DNA from: an uncultured Nitrososphaerota archaeon
GTDB taxonomy: Archaea; Thermoproteota; Nitrososphaeria; Nitrososphaerales; CADDZS01
NCBI GenBank assembly: GCA_963799845.1
Contig: CAWCYI010000004.1
Coordinates: 480,001 to 544,000 of the forward strand
DNA: 64,000 nt
Reading direction: 5' to 3'
Part shown: positions 43,799-54,236 of the stretch, in pieces
Layout of the letters: each line of letters begins with the position of its first letter
How positions within the stretch are numbered: the stretch's first letter is position 1
Notes under the pieces: generated by a model
Databases searched by the model: none
The model's input: the letters and a program-made list of their open reading frames with translations, nothing else
What the model was told of the DNA's origin: nothing
Program-made: the position numbers and the translations under genes

Positions 43799-44432
43799 TT
43801 AGGATTCATCTGAGATCTCCTCGAAAGTTGGATCTGGAATTAAGTCAAATGCTCGTTTAGCCAAGATCAACCATACGCAACGAATGGACCTCCTATGATC
43901 GCAATTGGAAGTGAGTACCGCCATGGAAGAAAGGCACATGGCGGCTCAAACAAAATAGATGCAAATGTGAAGATCGATAAGAACATGAGCCCAAAGCGAT
44001 TTTGTTGCATCTTTTGTGATAGAATGAAAAGTGAATTTGGTTATGATTTTTTTCTTAAATCTAGCACGGGCCGATAATGCCACCGAAGACGGGATTAGAG
44101 CCGTAACAAGATTGTAGTCCCGAATTAAGATCGTAAGTTACACCTAAACCAAAAGCATAGCATGTTAGGGAATTGTACCAGCTAATTGCGATGTCAGCTT
44201 GACCGTTAGGACAGGGAATGTGGATTGTTTGAACATCCACAGGAGCAAGGAAAAAGAAACCAAGAATGAGCACAAGTATAAGAACAATGAACAGAGATTT
44301 TCTCCGCAAATTGTTCTGTTTTTTGAGATTTCCCTACTTATGAGCTAAGCTGTGTATATCCCAAATATGTCTCTCCTCTCGAAAACGAACGTTCCAATCA
44401 TCTTGATCGCCATTGGCTAAATCATCTGTCAA
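43799..44432 (-). pseudogene. Interrupted paralog of 40559-40840
   Basis: 3' part 43799-43995 (FTFASILFEPP...AKRAFDLIPDP), 5' part 44360-44432 (DDW); shared upstream GAATCAGTCCTyGATGACT. Confidence 0.7.
44061..44309 (-). CDS. Small secreted/anchored Cys-containing protein
   Basis: Signal-like N-terminus, four Cys. Confidence 0.6.
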   Translation of the reverse strand: MRRKSLFIVLILVLILGFFFLAPVDVQTIHIPCPNGQADIAISWYNSLTCYAFGLGVTYDLNSGLQSCYGSNPVFGGIIGPC

Positions 44433-44488
44433 ATCAAGAATCAGTCCTCGATGACTTGGTAACTAATTAGGAACTTGCAAGTTTCCAT

Positions 44489-45137
44489 CTATTTCCGAAC
44501 CAAAGTCAAACAGAAATGTTCGTCCTTCTTCGCCAGTTGCTTAACCGTACATTTCTTGAATAATCCGACCAACTCGGCTTTGAAGAAATGGTGATGCGGA
44601 ATGTTTGCCTCTATTCCCTTGGACCATATCAGAGTGCCAGGCTCAACTTCAATAGCGTACGGGTTTTGGATTTTCTCGGATTTCGACCAGCTGAGGTACC
44701 TCAACGTAAATGTATCCACCCTTTCTCGTCACCCTCTCGATTTCGGCAGCGATTTTTCTGATCTTGTCAATGAAAGCGTGGTGGAAGACCCTCATTACTA
44801 AGACACCGTCAAAAAATGAATTGGTGTATGGAAGTGGGACATCATTCATGTCCCAAATTTTTAGTTTTGCACCAAGCCGTTCCTTATACAATTCTACTCT
44901 AGTACGGCTTACAGCCGTTCGTGACCAGTCAAAACCATAAACATGGAATCCCGACTTGGCAAAATAGACTGTATGTCTGCCCGTACCGCAACCAAAGTCG
45001 AGTACTCTCAGAGTTCTTCTTCTCCGCTTCTTCTTCATCAGACTTGTTGATAGGGAGACCACGGCTTCCTCTATCCGTCTGTCTGGATACCAGTCGAGCC
45101 AAGTGTACTTGATGACAGGTCGGGGTTTATGGGGCAT
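44489..45137 (-). pseudogene. Class I SAM methyltransferase, frameshifted at 44693
   Basis: VLDFGCGTGRH, GFDWS, FDGV; C-terminus in ORF 44489-44719. Confidence 0.85.
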
Positions 45138-45910
45138 CTTTAGCGATCTACGACCAAATGGACAATTTGAATCAGGATAGGTAACTCTCTAAGTGGTGAA
45201 CGATATGTCTTTTCCTTCTTATTGAACCGCTGAATGGGATAATGATCAAGGGCGGCGAGTACCTCGAAAGGACTCAGAAGATTGACACGATTGTCTTTGA
45301 CAAAGTTTGGGAGACTATCCCACTTACGTTTAGCTTCTTTCAATCAGCTGTAGTTTCTTCCCTGATACTCGCTCAGACATTCCATCGAGCAAAGCAAACC
45401 TTGTTCACGGATTTCTAGATTCGTACCTGAGATTCAGGTGTTCGAATTATAGAAGAAATTTATCCTTGTTCGTCGGAAAACGATGTCGTGCTTTTTCTTC
45501 TAACCACTGACGGCTCTATTCGTTCGTTTCATTGCATGATAACTTCTTTGGAAGCTCTGGATCCGTTCAATGTTGGAGTCTTGTTTGCCGAAGAGTTATC
45601 GTGATTAGGCAATTTCGCAAGTGCCTTAATACTGAGTAATCTAGTAGCGAAGTTCGCACTCTTAAAAGCCCGAAAATTTGTTGTGTTTTGGGAAGGGGTG
45701 TAGTCGCTGGCGAATGGGTTATACCATCTTCAGCGCTCACTCTTTCCCGCCTCATATTGCTCATGAACTGTCTGAAAGTTTCGAGGGAAGCTTTGCTTTG
45801 GTCTATCGGATTTGGGCAATAACTGGGGAAAAACGATTGTACATTTTGCGTTAGAACTCTCCAATAAACGTCAAAGGTTATGACATGAGCAGCAGTGTAC
45901 AACATGTGCA

Positions 45911-46218
45911 ATGAGTTCCGTTGAACATACCTACAGAGAAGTGGCCAAGTTTGTCTCTCTTGCTCTCTCTGTCACTCCCAATACCAAAACTGAAGGTTAT
46001 CTGGAAGAAGCTTGGAAACTGATTGAGACGCTTCCAGATAAGAATAAGCGTGGTTTTCGGTACACGTACCCTGAGATCTACGAAGCGATAACCGTCGGAA
46101 AAGGCCGACCTTAATAGAAGCGCTCAGGGATGAGCTTTCAGAGTTAAGTCTGACTACGAAGGAAGACGTTGAATCCATACAAAAAGATGTAGAGGAAATT
46201 GAAGATCAGAAGAAATGA
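45911..46218 (+). pseudogene. Helical hypothetical protein, frameshifted near 46090
   Basis: ORF 45911-46114 continues (LIEALRDELSEL...) in another frame to TGA 46218. Confidence 0.4.
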
Positions 46219-46365
46219 GTCAGTTCTTATGAATACTTTGCAGACAACTTTGAATTGTTCGTATCTTTCCTACCGATTATCTACGGAGCATCTTCTCAAA
46301 CAGAAGAATAACAGCCGTCAACAGAAGGAAGAATTTGTAATTTAGCAAGTCATACGAATCTGCCC

Positions 46366-47203
46366 TTGAAAATCCAAGAGTTAACTCCCGAGCTGGTGCT
46401 GAGCGTAAGACGGTATCTCGGTAAAGATCCGATTCCGAATGTTTACGTCCTCCAAAATCTTGGTCCTGTTAACCAGAAGCCGACATTCTTTGTCGCGACA
46501 GACGAAGAGAAAAGTCAAAACATCATCGGCATTCTACTCATCCGTAACGGGTTGCGGGGGTCATCCAGTTGCCTGGCTTGTCTCGGAATCAACTGAAGCC
46601 GCAGCAGAACTGGCTAGATTCATTCAATTTCCTGCTGGGTCGATTTGGACGACTAATGAACTCGGAAAAGTTCTCGATGAGGAATTTAATGATCGAATCA
46701 AATCAAAAATGCAATTTAACGTAATGAGATTGGATAAATTAAGAAAAGGACTTGAAATAAAACATGAGTGGAGGAGACTGTCTGCAATCGATTATTACCA
46801 ATGGCCAAGAATGAATGTAATGATGGATAGAGAGGAGTCGGACGAACGTCTGCCTGACAAAGAAAATACTGCACGAGAGCCGACGATCGAAGAACTGGAA
46901 TCAGCCAAAAGTTTTCTAGACAGATCTGTAGCATTCGGGATATTTGATGGAGACGAGCTGATTTCTATGGCCTCGGTCGAGGTGTTAAGTCAGTTGGATT
47001 CGGTTATTCGAAGGGTCTTTACACATCCAAAGTACCGAGGTCAGGGATTTGCAAAATCTGTGACCTTGGTTTCGGTGAAGGAAGGGCTCTAACACAGCGA
47101 GAGGGCATTGCTGTTTGTGAGGAAGGATGACTACGCAGCAATAAAGGTCTATGACGATATTGGATTTAGTACTGTAGCTGAAAGGGTACAATACGAGCTT
47201 TAG
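46366..47203 (+). pseudogene. GNAT acetyltransferase (frameshift in G5 run near 46558; in-frame TAA at 47090)
   Basis: VFTHPKYRGQGFA; after the stop, LFV..D..AIKVYDDIGF continues in frame. Confidence 0.85.
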
Positions 47204-47333
47204 AGTTGCGTTTGGCGATCAGGTAGAATAGCTCTCACGTCGTATTGATAACTTACTGCCTAACCCAAAATGGTTCTTTAATAGACTGTGATTCCGAAGG
47301 CTGAAATAGACTCATCGTTCTGCGCTAGACACA

Positions 47334-48164
47334 TTGAATCGGAAAATCGAGCCTCCGTACTCTGTCATGGCTCCCTACTACAACGCGATTTACCGTGGCA
47401 TAGTGGACTACAGAGGAGATTGTGGTTTTCTGGAGAGAGTTCTCCGAATACATCATGAGGGAAGCAAAGTCCAATCAATACTTGACGTGGGTTGCGGCAC
47501 TGGAAGCCACGCCTTCATCCTCGCGGAGAAGGGGTACGAAGTAACGGGGATAGATGTTTCCAGAGCAATGATCAAGATCGCGATGTTACAGAAAAACAAA
47601 ATGAAGAATCCACGATTCTTTGAGATGGACATGAGGCGTGTTGATCTGCCACAGAGCGTGAAAAAGCCATTCGACGTTATTGTTTCATTTTTTGGTGGCT
47701 TTGGATATCTTCTTCGAGACATCGATGTGGAGAGTTTTTTCTCATCTGTGAAGAGGAATATGTCTAAAGATGGGTTACTATTTTTCGAGTTCTGGCAGAG
47801 CTCTGGGGTCGGACCAGAGGCCAAAACGTCTTCGGGGTTCAGGAGCTGGGTTGAAGCAGATGATAGGCGGAGAGGTTGGCACGTAATCAGGTTGGGCACG
47901 AGCAAATTCGACTCCAAGACGAAGATGATGACGTTGAAATTTGAAGGGTACGTCTTTGATAGCAAGAAAAAGGCAGTTTTGGATAGTTTCTACGAGGTTC
48001 ACAAGCTTAGGACTTTTTCTCTCGCCGAGATTAAGAGACAGCTTACCGTGAATGGACTCGAACCGTTAGCGTTCTACGACGCTTCGGACAACAAGAAGAA
48101 GTCTCTGACACCAGCCTCGGCGTCAAATTTCAGGATCGCCGTTGTGTCGAAAGTCGCAAATTAG
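47334..48164 (+). CDS. Class I SAM-dependent methyltransferase
   Basis: ILDVGCGTGSHA, GIDVS..M, DMR, FDVI. Confidence 0.9.
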   Translation: MNRKIEPPYSVMAPYYNAIYRGIVDYRGDCGFLERVLRIHHEGSKVQSILDVGCGTGSHAFILAEKGYEVTGIDVSRAMIKIAMLQKNKMKNPRFFEMDMRRVDLPQSVKKPFDVIVSFFGGFGYLLRDIDVESFFSSVKRNMSKDGLLFFEFWQSSGVGPEAKTSSGFRSWVEADDRRRGWHVIRLGTSKFDSKTKMMTLKFEGYVFDSKKKAVLDSFYEVHKLRTFSLAEIKRQLTVNGLEPLAFYDASDNKKKSLTPASASNFRIAVVSKVAN

Positions 48165-48396
48165 ATTAGAGGATTGCGACGTGGTATTATCTTTGCAAGA
48201 GCCGTGACCAAGCCGACGCCTGTCGTCATGAAATCATGGGTCTTCTATTGTTACCTGCCCATCTAACCTTAGGTGGTTTGTACTCCCAATGAAGTAAGAC
48301 CGTGATATAGTAGCAGTAACTTGTTTTGAAATTATCTTACGCACGCTCGAATCGCTCATTAATCACAGGTTGTATCTTAATCAGCACACCGCGCGA

Positions 48397-49113
48397 TCAA
48401 GAGGCGGGCGCGACCAATGATCGCACCTTTGGGTTCTTAACCAGAAGCCACACCATCATTGATACCTCTCCAAGCGCTCCCAGTGCATCTGTAACGAGAG
48501 AAACAACATTCCCGTAAGGTAGCGACAGTAATGGGACAAGACTTTCTCCAAGGTAGGCAAAACATGCGATGACGAGAAAGACACCCAGAATGCGTGGAAA
48601 GAAACCTGATCTGTATACTAGAACCCCGAATGGGAAAAGCCAGAGGCCCCAAAATATATTGACAACATCAAGCCCATCGCCATGCAGATTGAGGAACACC
48701 ATGACCAGGGCGTCCAGCTGACTTTTTTGAAATACGGACAAGAAGTTAGCACTGCTCAATAGTTCCAGAGCAGCAAACTCGTTCAACACGTTCAGGAATG
48801 AGATGGGAACGGCGATCAGCACGAAGGCTACCATCAGTGAAGCATATCCCTTGTTGACCCCATTGAGTAAGCGATACAGAGCCTTGGCACATAAGAAAAG
48901 CACTATCGCGGAGATCAGTTCACCAATGATGCCGATGCGGAAAAGCGTCTCGGAAGCCAAGATGTTGCTGGCCGTCTCGGTTACGTTTCCAGGCACGACC
49001 AAAGTAGGGAGAATAAAGATGATGTTGAAGCCTCCTGCAAGGCTGGCTAACAAATACCAGATTCCTGCGATTCTTCCAGTGTTCTTGGTTGGGTAAATCT
49101 GCTTCTCTAGCAA
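48397..49113 (-). CDS. DUF4386-family membrane protein
   Basis: RIAGIWYL, TASNILA.E.LFR, FWGLWLFPFG.LVYRSGFFPRILG. Confidence 0.85.
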   Translation of the reverse strand: MLEKQIYPTKNTGRIAGIWYLLASLAGGFNIIFILPTLVVPGNVTETASNILASETLFRIGIIGELISAIVLFLCAKALYRLLNGVNKGYASLMVAFVLIAVPISFLNVLNEFAALELLSSANFLSVFQKSQLDALVMVFLNLHGDGLDVVNIFWGLWLFPFGVLVYRSGFFPRILGVFLVIACFAYLGESLVPLLSLPYGNVVSLVTDALGALGEVSMMVWLLVKNPKVRSLVAPAS

Positions 49114-49149
49114 TTTAGGTCATCGAAGAAGCGAAGAACCGAAGCTTGA

Positions 49150-49214
49150 GATAAAAGACTCACGTGTTAACGACAGGTGTTGATGACACGTTTCCCTTAT
49201 GTTGTAAATCACGA
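49150..49214. promoter_or_regulatory. Conserved divergent promoter/operator module, copy A
   Basis: GATAAAAGA-n-CACGTG-n-AGGTGTTG-n-ACGTTTCCCTT; aligns with 59652-59716 and 60262-60325. Confidence 0.7.
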
Positions 49215-49238
49215 TGATTTATTTCTAGGTCTTGAGAT

Positions 49239-49949
49239 GTGAATTCAACCTCTGAAGATCCCAGCCGACGGCAAGACATACAATCCAGCCTCAAGTCAAT
49301 TGTTGAAAGTTCCGACAAGTGGTTAGGGCGTCTCAGTAGACGAGAATCGCGGGTAAGACTCGCTAGTTCGTTCTTGACTGTGATCCTTGCCTGGGCGCTA
49401 ATTGGAGGGGTTTTCCTTGGGCTCATTGTAATTCAATTTGGGGCTTTTGGAGGTCTTTCCCACTTTTTTCAACAGCCCATTCTGGACGAATCAGTCGCGG
49501 CCACCGTATTTCTCGCGGGAGTGATCAGCGGCTTTGCAACCTTTTTCTTACTAAAGAGGAAGCACGAGGCACAATTGAAGGAGTTATCCTCCCTAATAGC
49601 AGAAATGAAAAAGGTCGAGGAAGATCAAAAGAGGGCTGCGAACGACGGGAACGGTGAAGTGGTCGCGGAAAACGCACTCTACTTGGCGGATAAGATGCTC
49701 ACGCTTCTTCCCGAAATGGTAAGGAAGAGAGGTCAGGATTCTCTATTATTCGGCGTAGTCGTGTTCATAGTCGCAGAAGTTGTCGGTAGGAATCTCGCAG
49801 TTGCAATCTTGGTTGGAGCGATTGTGTGGCTATACTTCAGATACGAGTTTAGCAGGACATATGAACAAGAGATGTCAAAGTTCGAAGAACAGAAGAGAGT
49901 CTTTGAGCAACGAAAGAAGGATTTCATGGAGACTATGGAGACTCTGTGA
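49239..49949 (+). CDS. Membrane protein, paralog of 60370-61056
   Basis: ~4 TM with coiled segments; clear similarity to 60370 ORF. Confidence 0.8.
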   Translation: MNSTSEDPSRRQDIQSSLKSIVESSDKWLGRLSRRESRVRLASSFLTVILAWALIGGVFLGLIVIQFGAFGGLSHFFQQPILDESVAATVFLAGVISGFATFFLLKRKHEAQLKELSSLIAEMKKVEEDQKRAANDGNGEVVAENALYLADKMLTLLPEMVRKRGQDSLLFGVVVFIVAEVVGRNLAVAILVGAIVWLYFRYEFSRTYEQEMSKFEEQKRVFEQRKKDFMETMETL

Positions 49950-49958
49950 TTCTAGGGA

Positions 49959-50231
49959 TTGGAAAAGCCAGACGTCTATGTGGTAGCTCGCTTTCTTGAG
50001 ATCATGTACAGGAACGGTTCGTCGATGAAAAAGACGAATATTCAGATGCTCGTGGGTATCCGCTACCCGCGCTTCATTGAGTACCTCGAATGGTTATTGA
50101 AACACGAGTTTGTTGCAGAGAGTCTTGATGAAGAAAAAGCGAAGATAATAATCTTGACGCCGAAGGGGATTGATTCATACCACAGGCTTGTAGCTTTGAT
50201 AAAAGAAACTTTCGACGTAGAAAAGATATGA
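49959..50231 (+). CDS. Archaeal winged-helix transcription regulator
   Basis: KKTNIQMLVGI.Y..F.EYL..L, LTPKG. Confidence 0.85.
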   Translation: MEKPDVYVVARFLEIMYRNGSSMKKTNIQMLVGIRYPRFIEYLEWLLKHEFVAESLDEEKAKIIILTPKGIDSYHRLVALIKETFDVEKI

Positions 50232-50532
50232 CGCTTATTTGATGATGTTCAATTATCCTAAGGTGTAGGACAAAATAAGTGCTAAAATAAGCGAGATGTG
50301 GATCTCTCGTAAGAGATTCCTTTGGTCTATAGTGGATCTGAGAAGAAACACGAAGGTTTGCAGATGGCACGCAGGTCTCACCTGCCGAGCGAATCATCTG
50401 ACTTGTGTCAGATTAAGAAAGAGATCACGAGATGATCGCCGAATGTCCGAGTGGACAGTCTAACGGAGAAAGCAAATAAGGAACCAGGCCAAAGACAAGC
50501 TTAGAATTACGAGCATATCCATTAAATTCTAG
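50232..50532 (+). ncRNA. Candidate structured non-coding RNA (unknown family) adjacent to attR
   Basis: About ten stems incl. long-range CTTTGGTCT/AGGCCAAAG and possible pseudoknot TAGTGG/CCATTA; no plausible + strand ORF. Confidence 0.55.
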
Positions 50533-50553
50533 AGTACCCGCACCCTATACGGA

Positions 50554-50573
50554 TCCGAATCCCCAGAGGCCCG
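50554..50573 (+). repeat. attR: exact copy of tRNA-Lys 3' 20 nt
   Basis: TCCGAATCCCCAGAGGCCCG identical to 9561-9580. Confidence 0.9.
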
Positions 50574-50607
50574 TTTTACAACGACAGAAGATTTTGATCT
50601 CTTGTCC

Positions 50608-50745
50608 ATGATGTCTAAGGAAGAATGCGAAGAGAAAGCAGAATCTGCAAACAAACAGAAGCTTTCAGAATCAGAAATAAGACGAATCGTAGAAGCTACT
50701 CTAACAGCTCCTGCTCAGGCCCTTCAACATGCCTCCAATTTTTAG
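50608..50745 (+). CDS. 45-aa hypothetical peptide
   Basis: ATG...TAG, MMSKEECEEKAESANKQKLSESEIRRIVE... Confidence 0.3.
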   Translation: MMSKEECEEKAESANKQKLSESEIRRIVEATLTAPAQALQHASNF

Positions 50746-50907
50746 TGGAATATTGGTAAAGATGTGGCACAAACGACCGAATTATTATTATCCACGATCG
50801 CGGACGAGAAAAAAGGACGTGGGCCTATTTGGTGACTGACATTAAATTGGTTATGCAAAACCGGTTCGCAGGGTTCTGCCTACGCGTCCGCGGAAGGTCA
50901 TCATCTA

Positions 50908-52884
50908 ATGTTTGAGCAAGGCGAGCGACAGCTTGTAGCCATTATGTTTACCGACATTGTGGGATATACTGCCCTAACCCAGCGCAATGAGTCGCTTGCA
51001 TTACAGCTCGTCGAACGACACTGGAAACTTGTCCGCCCTGTCTTGACGAGATATGGAGGAAGAGAAATCAAGACCATTGGAGACGCTTTTCTGATCGAAT
51101 TTGGAAGCGCTCTTCAAGCGACCGAGTGTGCATTTGAAATCCAAAAGGCCCTTCGCGACTACAACGAGATCGCCGGCAGCGCCTTAGAGCAAATTAGCGT
51201 GAGAATCGGGATTCACATCGGGGATGTGGTGCGTGCGAAAGGTGACGTATTTGGAGACGCGGTGAACATTGCTTCGAGAATTGAACCGCTCGCGAAGGGC
51301 GGCGGGATCTGTATTTCGGGGCAAGTTTTTGACCAAGTTAGAAACAAAATTCCCTATCGCGCAACCCTGCTGGAGAAAGCCCAGCTGAAGAACGTGGCTC
51401 TCCCCGTCGAGGTGTACAAATTGGATCTTCCGTGGGAAAAGGCGAGTGATCCTTCTCCTTCTGCACCGAGCCTTCTTCCAGCAGACCGCATTGCGGTCTT
51501 GCCATTTGTGAACATTAGTCCGGATCCCAACGACGAGTATTTCGCAGATGGGTTGACCGAAGAATTGATCGCAAACCTATCCCTGGTGCGCGGATTGAAG
51601 ATCATTGCGCGCACGTCGGTAATGAACTACAAGAAAGAAAAGAAGAGCGTCGCCGTGATCGGAAAAGAGCTTGGCGTAGGTACAGTGGTAGAAGGAAGCA
51701 TCAGGAAGGTTGCAAACCGGATCAGAGTAACGGTACAGGTAATCGATGTGAATACTGAGGAACACCTATGGGCTTCAAACTACGATCGCAGTCTCGATGA
51801 CATTTTCGCTGTGCAGAGTGACATTGCCGCGAGAGTGGCTGAATCTTTGCCGCAGGCTATGATACCGAAATCGAGACTCCCAGAAAATCGTGAGGAATTG
51901 CAGGACACCGATAATGTAAGCGCGTACATGTACTTTCTTCACGGTAGACAGTCGATGTACAGTGCAGATGCGATCTCTTTGAGGAAATCGTTGGAGCTTT
52001 TTGATAACGCGACTCGATTAGATCCCTACTTTGCACGCGCGTATGTTGGCAAGGCACGCGGTTTCATATCTTTGGGAACAGAGAACGTCCTTCCATGGAA
52101 GCAATCGATTGAGGCGGCCGAAGAGGCAGTAGATAGAGCGTTGGCGATTAACCCCAATCTTTCCTCGGCTCATGCTATCCTATCAGAACTCGCGTACATG
52201 AGCGATGATCTCGAGAGGTGCGCCGCCGAAGCCAGGAAAGCGATCGAATTGAATCCCAACCTTGCAGACGCTTATTTTCAGTTGGGCGAATACTTGGCAC
52301 TGAAGGGAGACCTTAGCGAATACGTCAGCCAGCTGAAGACAGCTCATGAACTCGACCCACTGTCTCCCATGATAGTGCGCAGATTCGGGTATGCGCTTCT
52401 ATATGCAGGGCGGGGGGACGAAGCGAGGGATCACTGGTACAAAACTCTGCATCTTGATCCTTTCAATGCGTATAGAGGCCTCACAGATTATTTCATGATA
52501 AAGGGTGAATATGATCAGGCTGCGAAGATGGTAGGAGAACTCGAAAAACTCCAACCGCTCAGCTCATTCACATTGCTCAACATGGGTTTTTTGGCGGCGC
52601 TGCGCGGAGATCGAGAAAGGGCAGAGAGCGTGATCCGGACAATGAAGCAAAATTACCCCTCGGGATCAGTTGCTTCAGCCTTTGCTGGTTTGATCTATTT
52701 TGCCTTGGGAGACCTTGACAAGTTCTTTGTTCAGATGCAAGAATCATCCGCCAACAATACTCTACCCGCTCTGATCCTAATGCGATCTCCGCTTTTTGCA
52801 GGGGCAAGAAAGGATCCTCGAATGCTTCCCCTTTTTTCCAAATTAGGCATAACGATACCGTATCGGATCGAAAAGCTCGCTTAA
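50908..52884 (+). CDS. Class III adenylate cyclase - TolB_N-like - TPR protein
   Basis: [29 protein letters not shown]; RIAVLPF; TPRs. Confidence 0.93.
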   Translation: MFEQGERQLVAIMFTDIVGYTALTQRNESLALQLVERHWKLVRPVLTRYGGREIKTIGDAFLIEFGSALQATECAFEIQKALRDYNEIAGSALEQISVRIGIHIGDVVRAKGDVFGDAVNIASRIEPLAKGGGICISGQVFDQVRNKIPYRATLLEKAQLKNVALPVEVYKLDLPWEKASDPSPSAPSLLPADRIAVLPFVNISPDPNDEYFADGLTEELIANLSLVRGLKIIARTSVMNYKKEKKSVAVIGKELGVGTVVEGSIRKVANRIRVTVQVIDVNTEEHLWASNYDRSLDDIFAVQSDIAARVAESLPQAMIPKSRLPENREELQDTDNVSAYMYFLHGRQSMYSADAISLRKSLELFDNATRLDPYFARAYVGKARGFISLGTENVLPWKQSIEAAEEAVDRALAINPNLSSAHAILSELAYMSDDLERCAAEARKAIELNPNLADAYFQLGEYLALKGDLSEYVSQLKTAHELDPLSPMIVRRFGYALLYAGRGDEARDHWYKTLHLDPFNAYRGLTDYFMIKGEYDQAAKMVGELEKLQPLSSFTLLNMGFLAALRGDRERAESVIRTMKQNYPSGSVASAFAGLIYFALGDLDKFFVQMQESSANNTLPALILMRSPLFAGARKDPRMLPLFSKLGITIPYRIEKLA

Positions 52885-52965
52885 GAATTGTGATTGTTTG
52901 GGATTATCGCTTGCCCGTTCCCAGTTCTGATCAATTTGACTGGAGGTTAGTACTCGCACTTATCA

Positions 52966-52988
52966 GGTGCGAATATCCAGAGGCCCGC
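52966..52988 (+). repeat. Degenerate second att copy of tRNA-Lys 3' end
   Basis: GGTGCGAATATCCAGAGGCCCGC vs GGTCCGAATCCCCAGAGGCCCGC (9559-9581): 20/23 identical. Confidence 0.7.
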
Positions 52989-53079
52989 ATCTATTTGGTT
53001 ACGAAACCAAATGCGGTTCCAGACCTAATTATTTGCGAATCGATGTGCTTCCGACAATATTGAAAGAAGGGTGGATTTT

Positions 53080-53274
53080 TCATCTACCGCCGACTTTCTC
53101 AAGTTCATTTTCAGCCGATATGTACTGGGAATTAAGCTCCCCAATTGGATGGACCCGTGAAGTGGAAAGGTCGGATCCTTCTCGTTTCTTGCTTTCTTTT
53201 CCCTTTGCCCTCCGCTTTCGATCAGCCTTCTCTATCTTGCCGGCGAGTTTTGTGTGGGGGCGCTTGTTTTTCAT
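53080..53274 (-). CDS. Small basic hypothetical protein
   Basis: ATG start, K/R-rich. Confidence 0.45.
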   Translation of the reverse strand: MKNKRPHTKLAGKIEKADRKRRAKGKESKKREGSDLSTSRVHPIGELNSQYISAENELEKVGGR

Positions 53275-54236
53275 GGGTGGTTCAGAAATCTACAAATTAA
53301 ATTGTTTTGGATCTGTAAAATCTTTTTGGACAATTAGTGCTCTACGGATTGGGCATGCTCACAGATCAAAAGCTCGTCTGGCGACGTATTACTGCAACAA
53401 CTCAGGCAAATTAGTCGCCTTTGGTCATTCTGAGGCGAAATTCGAGCATCTTGCGCCAATTTTGTGTCATTATTTGATTAGCTTCCCTTCATAGTAGGTC
53501 ACATCTTCTCTCACCAGTGTTTATTGTGGAATCGAGGAAGATTGCGCGTCATTCATTAAAGCTTGAAGAGAGGACTCACGCTTTGACCCCGGATAAGATG
53601 AATAGAACTGCGAGGGGAAGGGATGTGGATAACGTTGAGATACCCTACCCCCTTTCTGAGGAAGAAGCCACCCCGACAACACCTGAATCAGAAAAAAATC
53701 TGCTCGTGTAAGTGAACAAACGTGACCCAAACCATTCAATCAGTAGTCTCAATGACACTCCAATATCGTTCTTGCTTCAAATGCCAGAGGCACCCTATGT
53801 ACTTGGAAATTCCTCCAATGACATTACACAGAGATCAGGAATGCCTAATCTGCGAAGGCAGGGATTCGTATTGAGTTTTGTCATTCCCGGAACGTTCCCG
53901 GTATCATCTGAATAGTCCTATCTTCCAGCTGAAAGAATCCATTGATGTCCGCAGGCTAACCTACTTCTTCATTAGAATCGTCTTTTTTCGCTTTTCCTAC
54001 CTCTTGAGGAACGTCAGGCCTATCCTTCGTTTTTTCTTCGAATTTATCCTCAGCTTTTTCTTTCTCGTTCTTAGTCATGCATTATTCCAATACTTATGAA
54101 TCCTACGAGATGTCTATATTGGCTCTGGTCATCCCTGATTGAAACTTGATCTGCTTGTTTCATTATCAGGCTCTAATTTGAACATCTTGTTTTCATATGA
54201 GCCAAGACCTCTTTTGAGATGGACGTTTGAAGCGAC

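Larger units (their letters stand above)
9561..50573. mobile_element. ~41-kb genomic island integrated at tRNA-Lys 3' end; no integrase recognised
   Basis: Exact 20-bp direct repeat TCCGAATCCCCAGAGGCCCG at 9561-9580 and 50554-50573; accessory, fragmented gene content between. Confidence 0.8.

Noticed and set aside
25529-44694. Programmed frameshifting or phase variation at AGCTGA
   Set aside because: The motif occurs on either strand relative to the gene and is not a slippery repeat; an artefact is more parsimonious
32281-49113. Integron-like cassette array (many short, mostly minus-strand genes)
   Set aside because: No repeated attC-like RYYYAAC/GTTRRRY hairpins or IntI; recurring intergenic motifs are ordinary BRE/TATA promoters
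50232-50548. Group I/II intron, RNase P or hammerhead identity for the structured element
   Set aside because: Ends with ACCCTAT and has ACAGTCTAA, but no domain V, no convincing P4/P7 core, no RNase P CR-I/CR-V and no CUGANGA/GAAA core
53776-53795. Possible fourth att copy TTCAAATGCCAGAGGCACCC
   Set aside because: Only an 8-bp exact core with a gap and several mismatches; could be chance
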